DNA of 12,552 nucleotides from Octopus sinensis (Eukaryota), in contig NW_021827321.1 in the NCBI RefSeq assembly GCF_006345805.1, positions 1-12,552 of the forward strand, in the 5' to 3' direction. Below the pieces are notes generated by a model. It ran no database searches and was not told where the DNA came from. It was given only the letters and a program-made list of their open reading frames with translations. This document shows, piece after piece, positions 8,101-12,552 of this stretch. Position 1 is the first letter of the stretch. Each line of letters starts with the position of its first letter. The position numbers and the translations under genes were made by a program.

Positions 8101-8415
8101 TCTGTCTGTCTGTCTGTGTGAATCCCTAAAACTTGAGAAGTACACAACCGGTTTCATTGAAACTTTACACATGCCTTTCTTAGGGTCCATGCTAGAAGAA
8201 GATCTGCCATGATCTTATATGCTACACCGCTGGTTTTAAATTCAAATCAATCAAATTAATATTCAATTTTTCACCCTTATTATTTTAAATTTAAATTTAC
8301 ATGTGTATAATATATATATAATATTATCTATATATATATAAACAATATATTATATGATGTATACATATAGATGAATATATATAGAGTTATATGTATATTG
8401 TATATAGATATATAG

Positions 8416-8448
<33 letters not shown>

Positions 8449-8685
8449 ATATTATATATACATGTATATATATAGATGTCTATGTATACATGTATATGTA
8501 TAGCTTTATATGAATACATGTATATGTATTTCTATAGATATAGTTGTATATGTATACATGTATGTGTAGATGTATATATATATATACAGATGTACATGTA
8601 ATATGTACACATATATATATACACATATATACATGCATACATATATACACCCATGCACACACACATACCCCCCACATACATAAGT

Positions 8686-8781
8686 GCAGGTATGGCTGTG
8701 TGGTAACAAACTAGGTTCCAAAACACATGGTCCTAAGTTCAGTCCCACTGTGTGGTAACTTGGCATGTGTTTTCTGCTATA
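8686..8781 (+). mobile_element. SINE 5' fragment inside the Helitron, copy 2 (duplicate of 8005-8100)
   Basis: Same truncation point and the same derived substitutions as copy 1. Confidence 0.8.
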
Positions 8782-8957
8782 CCTGTCTGTCTGTCTGTGT
8801 GAATCCCTAAAACTCGAGAACTACACAACCAATTTCATTCAAATTTACAATGCAAAATTTTTAATTTTCAAAAATTCCAATTCTAAAGGGTCGAAACAAA
8901 CCCGAGCAACGCCGGGCGATACTGCGAGTTATCCATATAATTCAAAATGGGGGTGAT

Positions 8958-9007
8958 TATAATCAAAATAAGCAACAAGGATATCCTTGTTGCTTATTTT
9001 GATTATA
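8958..9007. repeat. Perfect 50-bp spacerless palindrome
   Basis: TATAATCAAAATAAGCAACAAGGAT|ATCCTTGTTGCTTATTTTGATTATA; all 25 pairs checked by hand. Confidence 0.97.
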
Positions 9008-9517
9008 TTATGTTTACATATATATAAAGAGCAAAACACACCACACATACGCGTTTAAGTGTGTGTCTGTGTGCGTATATTCATGGCATACCTGATATTT
9101 TAACTATTTGTGGGTGTTTGTTGTGTTGTTGTTGAGTAGCCCTGGTCAGTTCTGCTGGTTCTCTTGGACTTCCGTTGTTTCTTTATCCATGTTTGCCAGG
9201 GAGTTTTGTATAATTAACGAGAAGTTTGTTGCGAGATACTCATCCAAGAGTTCACCAAAGTCACTGCCATAGCCTTCCTACTTTAAACACCGCAGTAAAT
9301 ATGTGAAAAGCCATTCTTCTCTGAGATTTCTGGAATATAACTGATATGGTCCTTATTTTTAAAATATGAAGAAAAAAAAATTCCCCATCTGGCAATTTGT
9401 AATGGGACATGTGGCCAGGCTGGTTCACTGTAGAGGTTTGACGACAGAGGCCCTTCCTAAATCTTCCTATGTTTGGTTTGTGGTAATTCAAAATCAATGT
9501 CGTTATATTCTTTTCTA

Positions 9518-9716
9518 CTTTAGGCACAAGGCCCGTTTTGGGGAGGGGGCCAGTCAATTAGATCGATCCCAGTACGCAACTGGTGCTTAATTTATCGACC
9601 CCGAAAGGATGAAAGGCAAAGTCGACCTCGGCGGAATTTGAACTCACAACGTAATGCAGACGAAATACCGCTAAGCATTTCGCCCGGCGTGCTAACGTTT
9701 CTGCCAGCTCGCCGCC
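9518..9716 (-). mobile_element. tRNA-derived SINE with a Meta-domain-like central region, well preserved
   Basis: Minus strand GGCGGCGAGCTGGCAG...GAGTTCAAATTCC (B-box-like)...GTCGACTTTGCCTTTCATCCTTTCGGGGTCGATAAATTAAG. The Meta-domain assignment is from memory. Confidence 0.85.
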
Positions 9717-10043
9717 TTAGTCACCATGACTACCACCACCCAAAACTACCCTTATAATGATCACCATGGTCGTCGCCATGATTAAACGTCAGTCACCCTT
9801 ATCCTCATTATTCTCATTTTCCGGTGAGGGAGCCTTGCAATGGAGCGCGCTTTTACAGACACCTCACTCAAAACAATACTTCAAATCACATCCTGACATC
9901 TTCAAGAAAGGCGTGATGGTCACGGCTTTGATTATTGATTATCGATCCACTCAGTCTCAAAGCTGATCCGGGGTTACACAACAACAAAAAACTATAAAAC
10001 TGAAGTAGAATCTGAAGGACTTTGTCGATGTTTTTCCTTGCAG

Positions 10044-10071
10044 GTTTTCTGGTTTAAACCTTAAAACAGAG
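10044..10071 (+). CDS. RFX6: RFX6-like 28-nt micro-exon: (R)FSGLNLKTE
   Basis: TTTTTCCTTGCAG acceptor and GTAAGT donor 10072. It restores the phase between the flanking exons and resembles RFX6 RFSGSKLKNE. Confidence 0.88.
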
Positions 10072-10737
10072 GTAAGTGCTTCACATTATCGTTTAAACAT
10101 TTTCATGAACCCTCGTTCGTTCTGTCTGTTTGTCTGTGTCTCTTTTGAATATCCAGTTATCTGGAGTAGATATTGCTTGAATCAGAAATTTGCGTGTTCA
10201 TAATTGCAAAATATATACTTCGAGGTGTGTCTACCCTAGTCCGATATCTCCAACCGTTCATTTAATCGGTAGATGTTTTGAAATAATATGAATGATTTCT
10301 CACACAAGCAGAGTTTGATGTTTTGGAGCATAAATTTGCTAAAATTCCGATATGAACGAACACGTGGAGTGAGAGGACTAAGGGCTGACCATTGCATTAT
10401 AAACGCTGCTAAGACATTTTTGAAAACCACTTGAACTTAGAAAGGCTTATGGAAAATCTTTTCCCTGAAATCTTGAGTATATAAACAAGTCGATAAAAGC
10501 AAACCTTGTAGAAATTCACGTCTAATCCAATATTATAATTTCAGAATAATCTTTTATTTTCGAAAATTTCCAGAAGAAACACCACAAGCGACATAATTCT
10601 TTTCAATTCAGTTCTTTTCTGGTTCTAAAGACACGTAAATACCACAAGTCATTTTCTTTGCATTATTATATTTTTTACTCATACATAATTGTGAAATCTT
10701 TTACATTCTTTCATAAATACATAGCATTTTCCATATA

Positions 10738-11020
10738 GTCATATGACCAGTGGTTAGGGCAGCGAACTCGCGGTCGTCGGATCGCGGTTTCGATTCCCAG
10801 ACCGGGCGCTGTGAGTGTTTATTGAGCGAAAACACCTAAAGCTCCGGCAGGGGATGGTGGCGATCCCTGCTGTACTCTTTCACCACAACTTTCTCTCACT
10901 CTTCTGCTGGCCTACTCGCTTAGCCAGCGGGGTGGCGTCATTTGAAGGCTAAAACAATGTATTGTGACCAGCGATGTGTAACAACATCTGATAGCCTAGT
11001 CGGTCACGTGATCACGTGAT
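10738..11020 (+). mobile_element. tRNA-derived SINE of a third family, ending in a TCACGTGATCACGTGA + (TA)n tail
   Basis: A-box-like TGACCAGTGG, B-box GGTTTCGATTCC, tRNA-like head, simple-repeat tail. Confidence 0.8.
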
Positions 11021-11117
11021 ATATATATATATATATATAATATACAAAATATATATATATCTATATATATATGTATATGATAAGGAGTAGTTAATATATC
11101 TATTATATATTATATAT

Positions 11118-11171
<54 letters not shown>

Positions 11172-11202
11172 GCCTGTCTGTGCGCGTGTGTCTATGTTAT
11201 AG

Positions 11203-11307
11203 AGTAACAGCCGGAGATATTCACTGAGTTCCAAAGCCGGAACACTCCTGCCGGAATTTCCCGATGTTCGCAGTCTCTGTTTGCCACGTGAAGTTGACCG
11301 ACACAAG
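11203..11307 (+). CDS. RFX6: RFX6-like exon: SNSRRYSLSSKAGTLLPEFPDVRSLCLPREVDRHK
   Basis: TAG acceptor 11200-11202, GTAAGG donor 11308, 105 nt, phase 0/0. R.YSLSSK.GTLLPEFP matches RFX6. No further RFX exon found before 12552. Confidence 0.92.
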
Positions 11308-11559
11308 GTAAGGACCACACATACATCTTACACACACACGCACATGCGTAAGCAGATGTGCCTACATGTAGGTACTTCTATATATGTACTTGTGTATAAA
11401 TACAAACAATTAAATAAGACCTTATGTAATTATCTATATACGAGTAAACAGATTTAAATGTAGACAAAAGTCACTTTCAAGTATACATGTATATACATAC
11501 ATATGTACACGCATCGCACAATAATATGTGGCACACACACACATAGTTAAATTATATTC

Positions 11560-11900
11560 TGTCAAGAGCTTGTAGCGTACAGTATAAAGCTCGTCCACCT
11601 TCAGATTTCCCCGTGCTGCGTAGCAGTAGTATTATACGCACGGCCAGATTTACGTTGGGGTTTCTGTAGTGTGCAAATGGATTATTGTTAACAAGGAGTA
11701 CAGAGGAAGGTTTATTTGTAATCACTACAATTGTTTCCACGCAACTTTGTTCCCCAGGTTTATAGGTATTTGGTTATGTAACCGTTTCCATGCATTATGA
11801 GTTCTTGTGTTTCACCAGGTGATATATAAATACTGTTTCCGTAAACTCAAATTCTCAGCTTCGACCGCATCCTTTCTGTTTGTCGTAGCTGTCCGTGGTA
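11560..11900 (-). pseudogene. Possible heavily decayed hAT-type transposase fragment
   Basis: The minus strand reads EFTETVFIYHLVKHKNS*, reminiscent of the AE.xx.YH.VKH..SY motif of some hAT transposases. Interrupted by stops; by-eye resemblance only. Confidence 0.3.
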
Positions 11901-12029
11901 ACCGCTCCGGATATCAAAATGCATGTTCTGGTTGACATTGGAAGTCTGTTGGTGAATCTGATTTACCGATTAGTTACAACAAATATAGCCACGACAGACA
12001 GAGAAGATGCGGTTGAAGCCACCTTTTTT

Positions 12030-12177
12030 ATTCTTTTTACTTGTTTCTGTCATTTGACTGCGGCCATGCTGGAGCATTGCCTTTAGTCGAGCAAATCGAC
12101 TCCAAGACTTATTCTTTGTAAGCCAAGTACTTATTCTGACGGCCTCTTTTACCGAATCGCTAAGTTACGGGGAACGT

Positions 12178-12226
<49 letters not shown>

Positions 12227-12398
12227 ACACACACACATATACGACGGACTTCTTTCAGCTTCCGTCTACCAAATTCATTCACAAGGCTTTGGTCGGCTCG
12301 AGGCTATAGTAGAAGACATTTTCCCAAGGTACCACGCAGTGGGACTGAACCCGGAACCATGTGGTTGGTTAGCAAGCTACTTACCACACAGCCACTCG
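12030..12398 (-). mobile_element. Near full-length composite SINE: tRNA head/CORE-like part (12241-12398), internal (CA)n, 3' part (12030-12180)
   Basis: The head matches 5840-5998. The tail part CTTGTTTCTGTCATTTGACTGCGGCCATGCTGGAGCA...GTTACGGGGAACGTAAACAC is the usual 3' partner of this family as I recall it. Confidence 0.85.
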
Positions 12399-12552
12399 TA
12401 TATATATATGTCTCAGAAGAAAGGTATATATATATGTTATCATTATTATTTTTATTATCATTATTATTTTTACGTATTTTTGTATTCTTATTCGTTCCCG
12501 TCCTTGTTTTGTATACATTCGAGGCTTTCTTCCAAGGAATCTAATGCGCTTG

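Larger units (their letters stand above)
7784..8928 (+). mobile_element. Composite non-autonomous Helitron-like element with internal duplications
   Basis: 5' A|TCTCTATATATAAAA followed by GT/(TGTC)n; 3' hairpin CCCGAGCAACGCCGGG (8901-8916) then CGAG|T (variant of CTAG). Insertion between A and T, no target-site duplication seen. Confidence 0.7.

Noticed and set aside
9130-9500. Non-repetitive segment with the minus-strand reading ISYIPEISEK, vaguely like a Penelope linker motif
   Set aside because: A single short motif amid stops; not enough to call without a search.
10738-10810. tRNA-like sequence with A and B boxes (also the heads at ~5930-5998, ~9640-9716, ~12330-12398)
   Set aside because: Each continues into a SINE body and lacks a proper cloverleaf and terminator; these are SINE heads, not tRNA genes.
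11745-11940. AG acceptor-like sites at ~11758 and ~11818 as the next RFX exon
   Set aside because: Their translations do not resemble the expected continuation (V.T..MMYKTHCQ-like), so the next exon is probably beyond the window.

Overview
AT-rich, microsatellite-dense animal genomic DNA. The SINE families look octopus-like, which I recall from memory rather than from a database search. The window carries six spliced coding exons of a + strand RFX-family winged-helix transcription factor most like RFX6: N-terminus, the complete DNA-binding domain and the start of the downstream conserved region. The gene continues past the window. Its introns hold tRNA-derived SINEs, a composite non-autonomous Helitron, a 30-bp minisatellite and a perfect 50-bp palindrome. 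The intron that splits the DNA-binding domain (2388-6078) holds a decayed Penelope-like (GIY-YIG) retroelement with ~700-bp inverted arms. Each arm carries a minimal type I hammerhead ribozyme motif with a non-canonical U3:A8 core. A third minimal hammerhead, with the canonical C3:G8 core and from a different family, lies just upstream. All calls are by eye; no alignment or folding program was run.
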